A DNA stretch of 64,000 bases from the NCBI GenBank assembly GCA_964519665.1, contig CAZFIV010000011.1, positions 35,234 through 99,233 of the forward strand. Direction: 5' to 3'. Shown one piece after another: positions 29,177-38,443 of the stretch (position 1 is its first letter; every line of letters begins with the position of its first letter). Made by a program: the position numbers and the translations under genes. Below the pieces are notes generated by a model. The model was not told where the DNA came from, did not search any database, and saw only the letters and a list, made by a program, of their open reading frames with translations. The DNA comes from an uncultured Myxococcales bacterium. Lineage in GTDB: Bacteria; Myxococcota; Kuafuiibacteriia; Kuafuiibacteriales; Kuafuiibacteriaceae.

Positions 29177-29941
29177 TCAGATAACGGAGCATCTCGTGCC
29201 GAACTGATGACGCAGGCGACGGGCGAGGGCGACGCCCCGAATCGAGCGGACACCGTGCCAGCAGGCATCGTCTCCCCCCATCAACTCCGCGACCGCGCCG
29301 GGGACCGCCGCCGTAATCTCCGGCGCGTGCACGGCCTTGAACGGGAAGGGCTCGTCGGGAAGCAGAACGATCTGGGGCTCGCGGCGGGCCAATTCGCGTA
29401 GGGATATTTCGGGATACCGCGTATCGACGTCGCCGAAGACGTTGCTCCCCCCCGCCCGGCTCAGTAGGTCGCTCACATATGTGTCCGCGTTGAGGGTCAT
29501 CCAGGGGTTTCTCCAGATGAGGTACGCGAACGTGAACTTCCGCGGGTCGCTTTTCTGCAGGGCCGTTAGTTCGGCGAGGGCGCGTTCGAGCTCCGCGGCT
29601 CGCGCTTCGGCCCGGTCGGCGGTGCCGCACAGCTCGCCGATCCGCCGGAGATCTTCGGGCACCTGATCGACCCGCCGGGGAAACGCGGTGGCGATTCGAA
29701 AGTCCGCCGACAGCGCTTCGTAGTCCTCCCGGCGGTTTTCCTCCTCGTTGACGAAGATCAGGTCCGGCTGCGCCGCTCGGATCCGGTCGAGCTTCGGGTC
29801 TTTGGTGCCCCCCATCTTCGGCAAACCCGCCACCACGGTTGCTGGGTGAATGCAAAAGCGGGTAATGCCTACGATCCTATCGGCGAGGCCGAAGTCGATG
29901 AGGGTCTCGGTGACCGATGGCACCAACGAAACGATTCGCAC
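29177..29941 (-). CDS. BtuF/TroA-like periplasmic-binding-protein fold (cobalamin/iron-siderophore binding family), apparently without signal peptide and without adjacent ABC permease/ATPase
   Basis: MRIVSLVPSVTETLIDFGLADRIVGITRFC...DLIFVNEEENRRED... is the hallmark N-terminus of cluster-A-II binding proteins. 254 aa. Same strand as tldD. Divergent from the epimerase genes. Confidence 0.7.
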   Translation of the reverse strand: MRIVSLVPSVTETLIDFGLADRIVGITRFCIHPATVVAGLPKMGGTKDPKLDRIRAAQPDLIFVNEEENRREDYEALSADFRIATAFPRRVDQVPEDLRRIGELCGTADRAEARAAELERALAELTALQKSDPRKFTFAYLIWRNPWMTLNADTYVSDLLSRAGGSNVFGDVDTRYPEISLRELARREPQIVLLPDEPFPFKAVHAPEITAAVPGAVAELMGGDDACWHGVRSIRGVALARRLRHQFGTRCSVI

Positions 29942-30029
29942 GGTCCGTTTTCTAGCAGTCCGTACCCGCGCTCGGCCACCCGGTGACGACGGCGGTCATT
30001 CACTCGAAACTTGTCGTCGTCGCCCACCC

Positions 30030-31058
30030 ATGTTTGACGATGCCATGACTCGTACGGTGGTCACCGGAGCGGCGGGGTTCGTCGGTCGTTGGCTGGTGAA
30101 GGCGCTGGCCGAGCGCGGTGATGAGGTGTCGGCGAGCGATCGGATCGACCCAGCGGACCTCCCCCCAGAGGCGCGGTTCGTACTCGCCGACATTCGGTCG
30201 GGCGCGGACGTCGTCTCCTTATGCGAGGGGGCGGAAGTCGTCTTTCACACCGCCAGTGTGATCCACACCCGGCACGACGGCTCGGACACCCTCCGCGCAG
30301 TCAACGTCGAGGGCACTCGACACCTGCTCGAAGCGGCGGCGGCGGCCGGTGTCAAGCGGTTCGTGTACGTCAGCTCGGCCAGCGTCGTGTACGAGGGGCG
30401 CGATATCGAGAACGGCGATGAGCGCCTGCCGTACGCGAAGTCCCTTCACTCCCCATACGCAAAGTCGAAGGCGGAGGCGGAGGCGATGGTGCTCGCCGCT
30501 TCGAAAGACAGCCTGCGCACGGTCGCCATTCGCCCGCATATCGTGTTCGGGCCCGGTGATACGCGATTCCTCCCGGCGATCCTCGAGCGTGCCCGGGCCG
30601 GTCGTTTGAAGGTCGGCGTCGGGCGGCGGCGGAGCCTTTCCGACTTCACGTACATCAGCAACCTGACCGATGCGTTGCTGCTGGCCGATGCGGCTCTGCA
30701 AGGGGACTCGCCGACCGCGGCCGGCCAAGCGTACTTCGTGTCCAACGGTGAGCCGATCGACTTTTTCGACTTCGTGAATCGGGTGCTCGAAGGGCTCGAC
30801 CTGCCGGCGGTCCGGGCGCGGGTCCCGTTTGCGCTCGCCTATGGCGCGGCGGCGGTCGCCGAGACGTGGCAGACCTGGCGGGGGGCGCCGATCGGACAAG
30901 AAGAGGGGCTATCCAGGTTCTCGGTGCGTTACATGTGCACCCACCATTTCTTTTCGATCGAAAAAGCACGCCGAGACCTCGGATATGCCCCGCGGGTCGA
31001 TTTGGCCGGCGGCATCGAGCTGACGTGCGAGGCGTTGCGGCGGGCCGGGAGTGCATGA
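30030..31058 (+). CDS. NAD(P)-dependent epimerase/dehydratase, 3-beta-hydroxysteroid dehydrogenase/isomerase-like (extended SDR)
   Basis: TGAAGFVGRWLV Rossmann motif and YAKSKAEAE (YxxxK). ~343 aa after resetting the start to MFDDAMTRTVVTG at 30030. Confidence 0.8.
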   Translation: MFDDAMTRTVVTGAAGFVGRWLVKALAERGDEVSASDRIDPADLPPEARFVLADIRSGADVVSLCEGAEVVFHTASVIHTRHDGSDTLRAVNVEGTRHLLEAAAAAGVKRFVYVSSASVVYEGRDIENGDERLPYAKSLHSPYAKSKAEAEAMVLAASKDSLRTVAIRPHIVFGPGDTRFLPAILERARAGRLKVGVGRRRSLSDFTYISNLTDALLLADAALQGDSPTAAGQAYFVSNGEPIDFFDFVNRVLEGLDLPAVRARVPFALAYGAAAVAETWQTWRGAPIGQEEGLSRFSVRYMCTHHFFSIEKARRDLGYAPRVDLAGGIELTCEALRRAGSA

Positions 31059-31975
31059 TGGCGCTGGTGCTCGACCGGGCGACGGTGGCGGTCACCGGGG
31101 CGACCGGGTTCATCGGACGGTATTTGGTCGAAGCGCTCGTGGCGCGAGGGGCGACGGTCCGAGCGGTGGTCCGACGGCCCGATAAGGCGAAGGCGCTCTT
31201 TTCTTCGTCGGTCGAGATCTGGGCCGCCGATCTCGCCGACCAGCCGGCCATGACTCGGGCCTTCGAGGGTGTCGACGCGGTGATGGCCAACGCGGCGTTG
31301 GTCGACGTCGCGGCGCGGGACGCCGGGCCGATGATCGAGGCCAACGTCAAGGGCGTGGAGCGCACCTATCGGGCGATGGCTGACGCGGGCGTTCGGAGGG
31401 CCGTGCACACCTCGAGCGTGACCGCCTACCTGCCGAAACGCGACCATTTCTATCACGAGGACGATCCGGTGCACCCGCCGGGGGCCGATAGCCGGTGGCT
31501 GAACCACTACGGGGTGACCAAAGCCGCGGGCGAGCATCGGGCCCGGGAGATCTGCCACCAGACGGGCATCGCGTGGTCGGCCTGTCGGCCCCATACGGTA
31601 TACGGCAACCATGATCGCGGAACCTTCACCAGGTGGTTTCTGCGGGTGCTGAGTCTGCCGGTGACCGTTTTTCCGGCGTATCTACACCTGCCGTCGATCT
31701 ATGCAGGTGACCTTGCCGAGGCGATGTGCCGGATGCTGGAACGCGACACCGCGGCCGACCGCGTCTATAACACGTGCACCGATCCGGACCAAGTTACCTA
31801 CTGGCAGCTGATGGACGCCTACCGACGAGCGGGGGGGGCCGCCCCCCGGATGGTGGTGCCGCTTCCGTTGCCGCTTCGCCGACGCTACTCGACCCAACGC
31901 ATGCGGTCCGACCTCGACTTTGTTCCCCGCTCCCCCGTCGACGCCTTTCGAGAGATGCTCGCCGCGCGAGATTGA
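31055..31975 (+). CDS. NAD(P)-dependent epimerase/dehydratase paralog (extended SDR)
   Basis: TGATGFIGRYLV and YGVTKAAGE (YxxxK). Its start ATG overlaps the stop of the preceding paralog (ATGA at 31055..31058). Confidence 0.75.
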   Translation: MMALVLDRATVAVTGATGFIGRYLVEALVARGATVRAVVRRPDKAKALFSSSVEIWAADLADQPAMTRAFEGVDAVMANAALVDVAARDAGPMIEANVKGVERTYRAMADAGVRRAVHTSSVTAYLPKRDHFYHEDDPVHPPGADSRWLNHYGVTKAAGEHRAREICHQTGIAWSACRPHTVYGNHDRGTFTRWFLRVLSLPVTVFPAYLHLPSIYAGDLAEAMCRMLERDTAADRVYNTCTDPDQVTYWQLMDAYRRAGGAAPRMVVPLPLPLRRRYSTQRMRSDLDFVPRSPVDAFREMLAARD

Positions 31976-32597
31976 AGTTGGCGACCGGAGAGCTTCGTCG
32001 TACCTCTGGGATGTGGTTGAGCTACGGCGGGTCTGTGTTTTTTGTGGTTCGGCCATCGGGCGCGATCCGGCGTTCGCGGCCGCCGCGACCACCCTCGGCA
32101 CGCTCCTGGCGAAGCGGCGAATCGGCCTCGTCTACGGCGGGGCGATGGTGGGCTTGATGGGTGAGGTCGCGGACGCGGCCCTGACGGCTGGGGGCGAGGT
32201 GTATGGCGTGATTCCCGAGAAGCTCGCCGCGAAAGAGATCGCCCACGACGGCCTTACTCAGCTGCATATCGTCGACGGGATGCACGCCCGCAAGGCCAAG
32301 ATGGCCGCGCTCTCCGATGCGTTCGTATCGTTGCCGGGCGGGTGGGGAACCCTCGAGGAGACCTTCGAGGTGCTGACGTGGCTCCAGCTGCGCTACCACG
32401 AAAAGCCGGTCGGGCTGATCAACGTGAACGGTTATTACGACGGGCTGTTGGCCTTCGCCGACCACGCGCTGGAGGTTGGTCTGCTTACGCTGGAGAACCG
32501 GCGACTGTTGCTCGACGCCGATGACCCCGAGACGCTCTTGGCTCGGTTGAGCAACATCGAGTTGCCACCGGCGCCCCGGTGGATGGAGCGTCCCTAG
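31920..32597 (+). CDS. LOG-family protein (TIGR00730; cytokinin riboside 5'-monophosphate phosphoribohydrolase / lysine-decarboxylase-like)
   Basis: VCVFCGS...GLVYGGAMVGLMG...VSLPGGWGTLEE motifs (PGGxGTxxE). The start is uncertain: the track ORF begins inside the previous gene, and a later GTG near VVELRRV is possible. Confidence 0.8.
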   Translation: MFPAPPSTPFERCSPREIEVGDRRASSYLWDVVELRRVCVFCGSAIGRDPAFAAAATTLGTLLAKRRIGLVYGGAMVGLMGEVADAALTAGGEVYGVIPEKLAAKEIAHDGLTQLHIVDGMHARKAKMAALSDAFVSLPGGWGTLEETFEVLTWLQLRYHEKPVGLINVNGYYDGLLAFADHALEVGLLTLENRRLLLDADDPETLLARLSNIELPPAPRWMERP

Positions 32598-32614
32598 AGG
32601 CGGAGGCAGCATCG

Positions 32615-33520
32615 ATGTTTATCGAGCGACAACACGTGTTGGTCCGCGGCCTCCGGATCGTCGTTCATGCTTACGGCGACCCGACTGGGCGCCCTCTGCT
32701 CTGCCTGCACGGGTTTCTCGACCACGGATCTTCATTTCGCTTCATGGCCGAACACCTGCCGGGGTATCGGGTCGTGGCGCCCGATATGCGCGGGCACGGA
32801 GAGTCGGAGTGGGTTGGACCAGGCGGCTATTATCACTTCTACGACTACTATGACGATTGTCGGGCGGTGATAGAGGCGTTCGGTTGGTCGCAGTTCAGCT
32901 TGCTGGGCCATTCGATGGGGGGAAGCGTGGCCACCGGCTTGGCCGCGCTCGAGGCTGACCGGGTCGACCGCCTGGTTTTACTGGAGGGCATGGGGCCGCC
33001 GTTCGGAGATCTGACCCTGAGCGTGGACCGACTGCGTCGGTGGGTTCAGGCGCTCCGCAAGCCGGGGTGCGTCGGTGGTCCCGATGAGCGCCGGATGGCC
33101 CGCCGGGTGATGGAGAGCGTCGACGATGCGGCTCGTCGGATCCGCACCCTGAATCAGCGCCTCCCCGAAGCTCGGGCCAAAGCGCTCGCCGAGACTTCGA
33201 CCGAGCCCGTCGCCGGTGGGGTGTGCTGGCGGTATGACCCTTTGCATCGTACGCCCGCCGCCAAGCCGTTCGTCCGCGGAGAAGCCGAGGCGATCTGGCG
33301 GGGCATCCGGGCCCCGGTCCTGTCGATCCACGGGGCGGAAAGCCCTTGGCGGCCCGAGCACACACTGGAGCGTCACCGAACTCTAGGTCAGGTTCTCGTG
33401 GGCGCTTTGGCCGAGGCCGGCCATAACCTCCACCACGACCAACCCGAGCGGCTCGCGCAGGTCGTCAAGCACTGGTTGTCGACGCCGAGTGTCCTGCCGG
33501 CGGGCCTCAATCCGTCCTAA
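32615..33520 (+). CDS. Alpha/beta-fold hydrolase
   Basis: HGFLDHGSSF (HG oxyanion), GHSMGG nucleophile elbow, and a C-terminal His (AGHNLHHDQPE). The start was set to MFIERQH. Confidence 0.8.
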   Translation: MFIERQHVLVRGLRIVVHAYGDPTGRPLLCLHGFLDHGSSFRFMAEHLPGYRVVAPDMRGHGESEWVGPGGYYHFYDYYDDCRAVIEAFGWSQFSLLGHSMGGSVATGLAALEADRVDRLVLLEGMGPPFGDLTLSVDRLRRWVQALRKPGCVGGPDERRMARRVMESVDDAARRIRTLNQRLPEARAKALAETSTEPVAGGVCWRYDPLHRTPAAKPFVRGEAEAIWRGIRAPVLSIHGAESPWRPEHTLERHRTLGQVLVGALAEAGHNLHHDQPERLAQVVKHWLSTPSVLPAGLNPS

Positions 33521-33616
33521 TGTCGCACGCTTCGCACAAAAGGTTGTCGAGGCGCGCTTCGGCGTCAGATCGCGCTGTCATCGGTAGGGCGGAAGTGGTT
33601 ATAGAGCCTTGGGACC

Positions 33617-35206
33617 GTGACCCAGCTCCCTAGTGCCATCGGTGGTTACGAGATCCTCGGCCTTCTGGGCACCGGAGGCATGGCTGAGGTCTTTTTGGGG
33701 CGTTTCAGGGGGCCTGCGGGCTTCGAACGTCCTGTCGTGATCAAGAGGATCCTCCCCCATCTCGCCCGCGAACAGCACTTCGTGGACATGTTCCGGGACG
33801 AGGCCATGATCGCGGCCCGCATTCATCACCGCAACGTGGTCGAAGTGCACGAGCTCGGTCAGGATGGTGCCGAGCTGTTCCTGGTGATGGAATATCTCGG
33901 GGGGGAGAGCGCATCGGCGCTCGCCCGCCGCCTCGGGCAGCGAAAAAAGCTCCTCAGCTTCGGCTTGTGCGCGCACCTGGTGGCCGAGGTTTGCGGCGGT
34001 CTGCACGCGGCCCACGAGTTGGTCGACGAGACGGGTCGGGCCCTCGAGATCGTCCACCGCGACGTCTGTCCCGCCAATATCTTTGTTACCTACGACGGCG
34101 AGGTGAAGATCCTCGATTTCGGTATTGCCCTGGCCGCCAATCGGCTCACCGAAACCCAAGCCGGCCAGGTCAAGGGCAAGTACGCCTACATGTCGCCCGA
34201 ACAGTGTCAGGGTAAGGCGATCGACCGCCGATCGGATATCTTCTCGCTCGGCATCGTCCTGTACGAGATGAGCACGTGCCGGCGTCTATTCAAACGCCCC
34301 AGCGACATGGATACGTTCACCGCGGTGTGCACTGAAGACGTGGTGCCGCCGTCTCAGCTGGTCGCCAACTATCCGCCGGAGCTGCAGCGCATCTGCTTGA
34401 AGGCGCTCAGCAAAGAGCCGAGGCGCCGTTATAGTACGGCGGCGGCGATGCAGACCGACTTGCTAAGGCTCAGTCGGGAGCTGAGCAAAGACAAGCTCCC
34501 CGAAGCATCGCTGGCGAGGGTCTTGCGCAGGCTCTTCGCGGACCGCATCGAGCAAAAACGCCAGATGCTGACCTGGAGGTCGACGGCGGAGGGTGTCGGC
34601 CGGCCCTACGTTCTGAGCGATGACGGTGCCCTTGACCTGCCGGTGGTGCCGTCGCCCGACGAGCTGAAAGCGGCGCGAGCGGCAGCCCAGGCCGAGACGT
34701 GGGCGGTCGAAGGCGGTCGCGAGTCCGGGCCTCATAGCGCCTTGGGTTCCGGCCCCCGTACGGGCCCCCGAGGCCCAACTTGGTCCGCCCAGGGCCCCGA
34801 ATCCGGGGCTTCGGGCTTGGCTTCAGGGCTTGGCCCGCGTCGATGGCTCGGGTGGTTGCCGATCATGCTCCTCATCGGTGGGATGGCCGGTTGGTGGTGG
34901 ACGACGCCGCTCTCGCTCCGGTCGATGGACGCCAAGCCCGGCTCCGTCGAGGCCGCGGAGACCGTCTCGGTCGAGCTCGACTCGACGCCACCGTCGGTCT
35001 CGGTGTACCGGGACGGAAGACGGCTGGGCACGACGCCGCTGAGGGTGGCGCTTCCTAGGGGGCGCGCTCCCGTCGTTTTCACTCTCAAAAGAGAGGGGTA
35101 TGCGGACCGGGTAGAGCGCGTCGTGCCCACTGAGGACCGCACGCTGCAGCTGCGCCTTCGGCGGACCACCGACGACCCGGCAGGAGGCCAAGGCCCCCTC
35201 CGCTAG
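33617..35206 (+). CDS. Hanks-type Ser/Thr protein kinase with a C-terminal TM segment and PEGA domain
   Basis: Kinase subdomains: GxGxxG (LGTGGMAEV), VVIK, HRDVCPANI, DFG, and SPEQ (APE-like). TM LGWLPIMLLIGGMAGWWW. The C-terminal PEGA-like beta domain reads VSVYRDGRRLGTTPLRVAL...VVFTLKREGY. Confidence 0.85.
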   Translation: MTQLPSAIGGYEILGLLGTGGMAEVFLGRFRGPAGFERPVVIKRILPHLAREQHFVDMFRDEAMIAARIHHRNVVEVHELGQDGAELFLVMEYLGGESASALARRLGQRKKLLSFGLCAHLVAEVCGGLHAAHELVDETGRALEIVHRDVCPANIFVTYDGEVKILDFGIALAANRLTETQAGQVKGKYAYMSPEQCQGKAIDRRSDIFSLGIVLYEMSTCRRLFKRPSDMDTFTAVCTEDVVPPSQLVANYPPELQRICLKALSKEPRRRYSTAAAMQTDLLRLSRELSKDKLPEASLARVLRRLFADRIEQKRQMLTWRSTAEGVGRPYVLSDDGALDLPVVPSPDELKAARAAAQAETWAVEGGRESGPHSALGSGPRTGPRGPTWSAQGPESGASGLASGLGPRRWLGWLPIMLLIGGMAGWWWTTPLSLRSMDAKPGSVEAAETVSVELDSTPPSVSVYRDGRRLGTTPLRVALPRGRAPVVFTLKREGYADRVERVVPTEDRTLQLRLRRTTDDPAGGQGPLR

Positions 35207-35466
35207 CTCGTCCGACGTCGCGGTCCGCGGTACGGCAGTCCAGAATTGGTAGTCCAACTTCGGAGACGGTTGTGCCGCGTTGATATCCGGGAAGTCTTGG
35301 CCTTGGGGCGGGAGGCCAGCGCGGCGCCAACGAGGATCAGAAGCACGCCGACCAGAGCGATCGGTGCGACCCGATCGTCGTTGATGGTCGCTCCGAGCAC
35401 CAAGGCGACGACCGGCAGCAGATAGGTGATCAGTGACGCTCGGGTCGACCCGATGCGGCCGATCAT
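35203..35466 (-). pseudogene. Probable remnant of an EamA/DMT-family transporter gene (last two TM helices only)
   Basis: The internal-Met ORF MIGRIGSTRASLITYLLPVVALVLGATINDDRVAPIALVGVLLILVGAALAS matches the conserved C-terminal EamA repeat but is far too short to be a transporter. It sits immediately downstream of DUF885 and overlaps the convergent kinase gene end. Confidence 0.25.
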
Positions 35467-37265
35467 TTGGGACTTCGAGACTGAATCCAAGCTTCGACCT
35501 GCTGCTGCAGGACGGGCAGGCTGACCGCGCCGCGGCTCAGGACCGTGTCGTGAAAGCCTTTGATGTCGAACCGGTCGCCGAGGCGCGATTCGGCATCGCG
35601 GCGAAGACGCCAGATTTCGAGCTGCCCGGTCTTGTAGGCGACCGCCTGACCCGGCCAAACGATGTAGCGGTCGACCTCATTGTTGATGTTGTTGGCCGCC
35701 AAGGCCGTGTGATCGAGCATGAAGCGCTCGGCGTCGACCCGGCTCCATCCCATCGCGTGCAGGCCGGTGTCGACGACCAGCCGCGCTGCGCGCCAGGCTT
35801 CGTAACTGTGCATGCCCATGCGGTCGATGTCGCCGCTGTACAATCCCATTTCATCGGCGAGCTGTTCCGTGTACAGGGCCCAGCCCTCGACGAACACCGT
35901 CATGCCGCCGTGCCGTCGAAAAGCGGGCAGCTCCGAACGTTCCTGGGCGATGGCGATCTGGAGGTGATGCCCCGGGATGGCCTCGTGAAAAGAGAGCGCC
36001 TCCATTTCGTAAATGGGCCGAGTGGTGGGGGCGTGGGTGTTGATAAAGTACTGACCCGGTCGAGCGCCGGTCGGGTCGGGCTGACGGTAGTACGCGATGG
36101 TGGTGAATGGCGCTTCGTAGGCGGGAATGCGGGAGACGATGCAGTTCGCCTTCGGGAGAATGCCGAAGTACGCCGACATGCGGGCGCGCGCTTTCGCGAG
36201 GGCGGCATTGGCTTTCGTCTCGATGTCGGCGGCGGTCTTGAAGCGCAGAGCATCGTCGGTGCGCAGCCGATGCAGGATGACCGGCAGGTCGCGGGTACCG
36301 AAGAGTTTCTGGCCGAGCTTCTTCATCTCACCGTTGATGCGCTCGATCTCCGCCAGCCCGGTGCGATGAATCTCTTCGGCGGTCTTGGGCAGGGTCGTGA
36401 ACCGGCGAAGCCGGGCCTCGTAGCACTCGGCCGCGAAGGGAAGCGGTGACAGGCCGGGTTGGTCGTCCGATCGCGCGTTGGGCGCGATCGTTTCGGCGAT
36501 GAAGGCGCGGTATCGTTCGATCGCCGGCTTGATGGTCCCGGTGAGGACGTCGAGCATCGCCTCCTTGAACTCGGCTCGTTGGGCTTCCGTCCATGTGGGG
36601 TGTTCGGCCAAAGCCGGCGCGTACATCGGCCACTGTTCGACCGGCTTCGCCAGCTGGTCGTCGACCATCTTGAGGACGCGTCGGGTCGATTCGGCGTTGG
36701 CGAACAGGCCATCGGCCGCGCCGCGCCGCAGGTGGCCGGTTTCGTTGTCGATCGATGTTCCGCCTTTTTGGAATCGAGTGATCAGGCGCTGAGCATCCTC
36801 GTACGAGTTTACCTTGTGAAACTCGGCCAGGTAGTTGAACTCGGTGATCGGATTGCTTCGGGGCGAAAGGGTCCACTCTTCGAACCGACAGGCCTCTTCG
36901 GCGACCTCGTTGACGAGCATCTCGACGAAAAGAGCGTGCGTGGTCTGGTCATCGCCGGTCAGATCTCGAATCGTTCGGGCCTCTTCGAGAAATGCCCGGG
37001 TCGCCTTGCGCTGCGCTGCGAGCCCTGCCGGGCTGTTGTCTTCGAGCTCGGCGTCGTACCGATGGTCGCCCAGGTGCGTCGCCCACCGTGGGTTCGTGGC
37101 CATCGTGGCCTCCCAGTGCCGCTGGAGCAGGTCGACCAGGCGCGGGTCTTCGACCCCCGCAGCGTGGTTCAAAGCCGCGTCGACGTCGGCGCCGGTCTTC
37201 GATTTGGGCAGCGAAGATGCGGCGCATCCAAATAGGAGCAATAGGGTCAACAGTAGCTTGCGCAT
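35463..37265 (-). CDS. DUF885-family lipoprotein (putative metallopeptidase-like)
   Basis: Characteristic HEAIPGHHLQ motif and ~600 aa length. The start was reset to MRKLLLTLLLLFGCAAS (lipobox) at 37265. Confidence 0.8.
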   Translation of the reverse strand: MRKLLLTLLLLFGCAASSLPKSKTGADVDAALNHAAGVEDPRLVDLLQRHWEATMATNPRWATHLGDHRYDAELEDNSPAGLAAQRKATRAFLEEARTIRDLTGDDQTTHALFVEMLVNEVAEEACRFEEWTLSPRSNPITEFNYLAEFHKVNSYEDAQRLITRFQKGGTSIDNETGHLRRGAADGLFANAESTRRVLKMVDDQLAKPVEQWPMYAPALAEHPTWTEAQRAEFKEAMLDVLTGTIKPAIERYRAFIAETIAPNARSDDQPGLSPLPFAAECYEARLRRFTTLPKTAEEIHRTGLAEIERINGEMKKLGQKLFGTRDLPVILHRLRTDDALRFKTAADIETKANAALAKARARMSAYFGILPKANCIVSRIPAYEAPFTTIAYYRQPDPTGARPGQYFINTHAPTTRPIYEMEALSFHEAIPGHHLQIAIAQERSELPAFRRHGGMTVFVEGWALYTEQLADEMGLYSGDIDRMGMHSYEAWRAARLVVDTGLHAMGWSRVDAERFMLDHTALAANNINNEVDRYIVWPGQAVAYKTGQLEIWRLRRDAESRLGDRFDIKGFHDTVLSRGAVSLPVLQQQVEAWIQSRSPK

Positions 37266-37315
37266 CGCGCCAGCCTTATCACCACCCGTCGTTGTTGCCC
37301 AAGGCGATATGCCGG

Positions 37316-38326
37316 TCAGTAGACGTTGTACTGCTTCTTGTTGCGGGCGTGACCTTTGGCCGTGCGTGCGAAGTGGATGCGGCCGTTGCGGTCGTGCAGG
37401 TAGTACCAATACGGATTCGTCTTCGGGCGCAGCGCGGCGCTCAGCGCGTCGAGACTCGGGGCACCGATCGGTCCGGGCGGCAGACCCCGGCGAAGACGCG
37501 TATTGTAGGGATCCTTGGGGTCCCGAAGCTTTCGAAGGAACGCTCGGCGGTCGTTCCAGTCGTCGAGCGTGAAGCGGCTCGTCGCGTCGACCCCGAGCGC
37601 CCAGTTGTCGTCGAGTCGTTTATAAAGCACGTGCGCCACGTCGGGACGGTTCTGCGGTTTGGACTCCTCGCGCTCCAACATCGAGGCCATGATGACGATC
37701 GTCCGCAGGCTGCGTTTGCTGCGAGCGATCTCTGCTTGGTTCGGTTTCACGAACCGCTCGGAAAACGCATCGAGCTGGCGCTGCACCAGCCGGCGGGGGT
37801 CGATCTTGCGGGGCATCAGGTACGTCTCGGGCAGGAGATAGCCGGCGAGATCCTCGCCCTCGACTTCGAAGTCGATGTCGTAGCTGGATTTATCCTTCGC
37901 CGCGGCGATGTATTCGCCCGGATTGATGCGACCCTGCTCCGCGAGCGCAGCATCAGCGTCGCGAAGGCGCCAGCCTTCGAGCATCGTCAATGGAGCGTCT
38001 TCCGACATCGGATTCGCGGCCAGTGCCTCGACCAACTCATGGATGTTCATGTTGGCGCGCAGTTGATGGCGGCCGGCCTTGGGGCTGGGCAGAGTCCGGT
38101 TGAGCTTCAGGTGCACGGTCCACACCGCGAGGTCCTTCAGCAACCCGGCCTCGACCAGCGCCGGTCCCAGCGACCGGAGCGTCGCGCCTTTGGGAACCAT
38201 GAATTCGACCGCCTGCTCGTCTTCCCCTTGAGGGGCCGATACGGCCGTTACGTAGACGCCATAGGCGGCTGCGCCGACGACCGCGACGAGCAATAGCAGG
38301 ACGGACAGAACCCGCACAATCCGCAT
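37316..38326 (-). CDS. mltG: Endolytic murein transglycosylase MltG (YceG family)
   Basis: N-terminal TM anchor and a YceG domain ending in the conserved ...PYNTRLRRGLPPGPIGAPSLDALSAAL...PYWYYL. Confidence 0.85.
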   Translation of the reverse strand: MRIVRVLSVLLLLVAVVGAAAYGVYVTAVSAPQGEDEQAVEFMVPKGATLRSLGPALVEAGLLKDLAVWTVHLKLNRTLPSPKAGRHQLRANMNIHELVEALAANPMSEDAPLTMLEGWRLRDADAALAEQGRINPGEYIAAAKDKSSYDIDFEVEGEDLAGYLLPETYLMPRKIDPRRLVQRQLDAFSERFVKPNQAEIARSKRSLRTIVIMASMLEREESKPQNRPDVAHVLYKRLDDNWALGVDATSRFTLDDWNDRRAFLRKLRDPKDPYNTRLRRGLPPGPIGAPSLDALSAALRPKTNPYWYYLHDRNGRIHFARTAKGHARNKKQYNVY

Positions 38327-38443
38327 GCCGGCTCGGTACGGCGCACGACCGGCAACGTCAACCTACGTGCCGAGCGCGCCCGATATCAAAGGGGCGCGTC
38401 CTCTCCCCTCGTCGACCGACCGTTCATCGTTGACAAGCGATGA

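Noticed and set aside
38327-38443. Possible terminator hairpin (AGGGG...CCCCT followed by a T-rich tract on the minus strand) between the DMT gene and mltG
   Set aside because: The stem is only 5 bp with a 10-nt loop. It is too weak to call without folding energy calculation.
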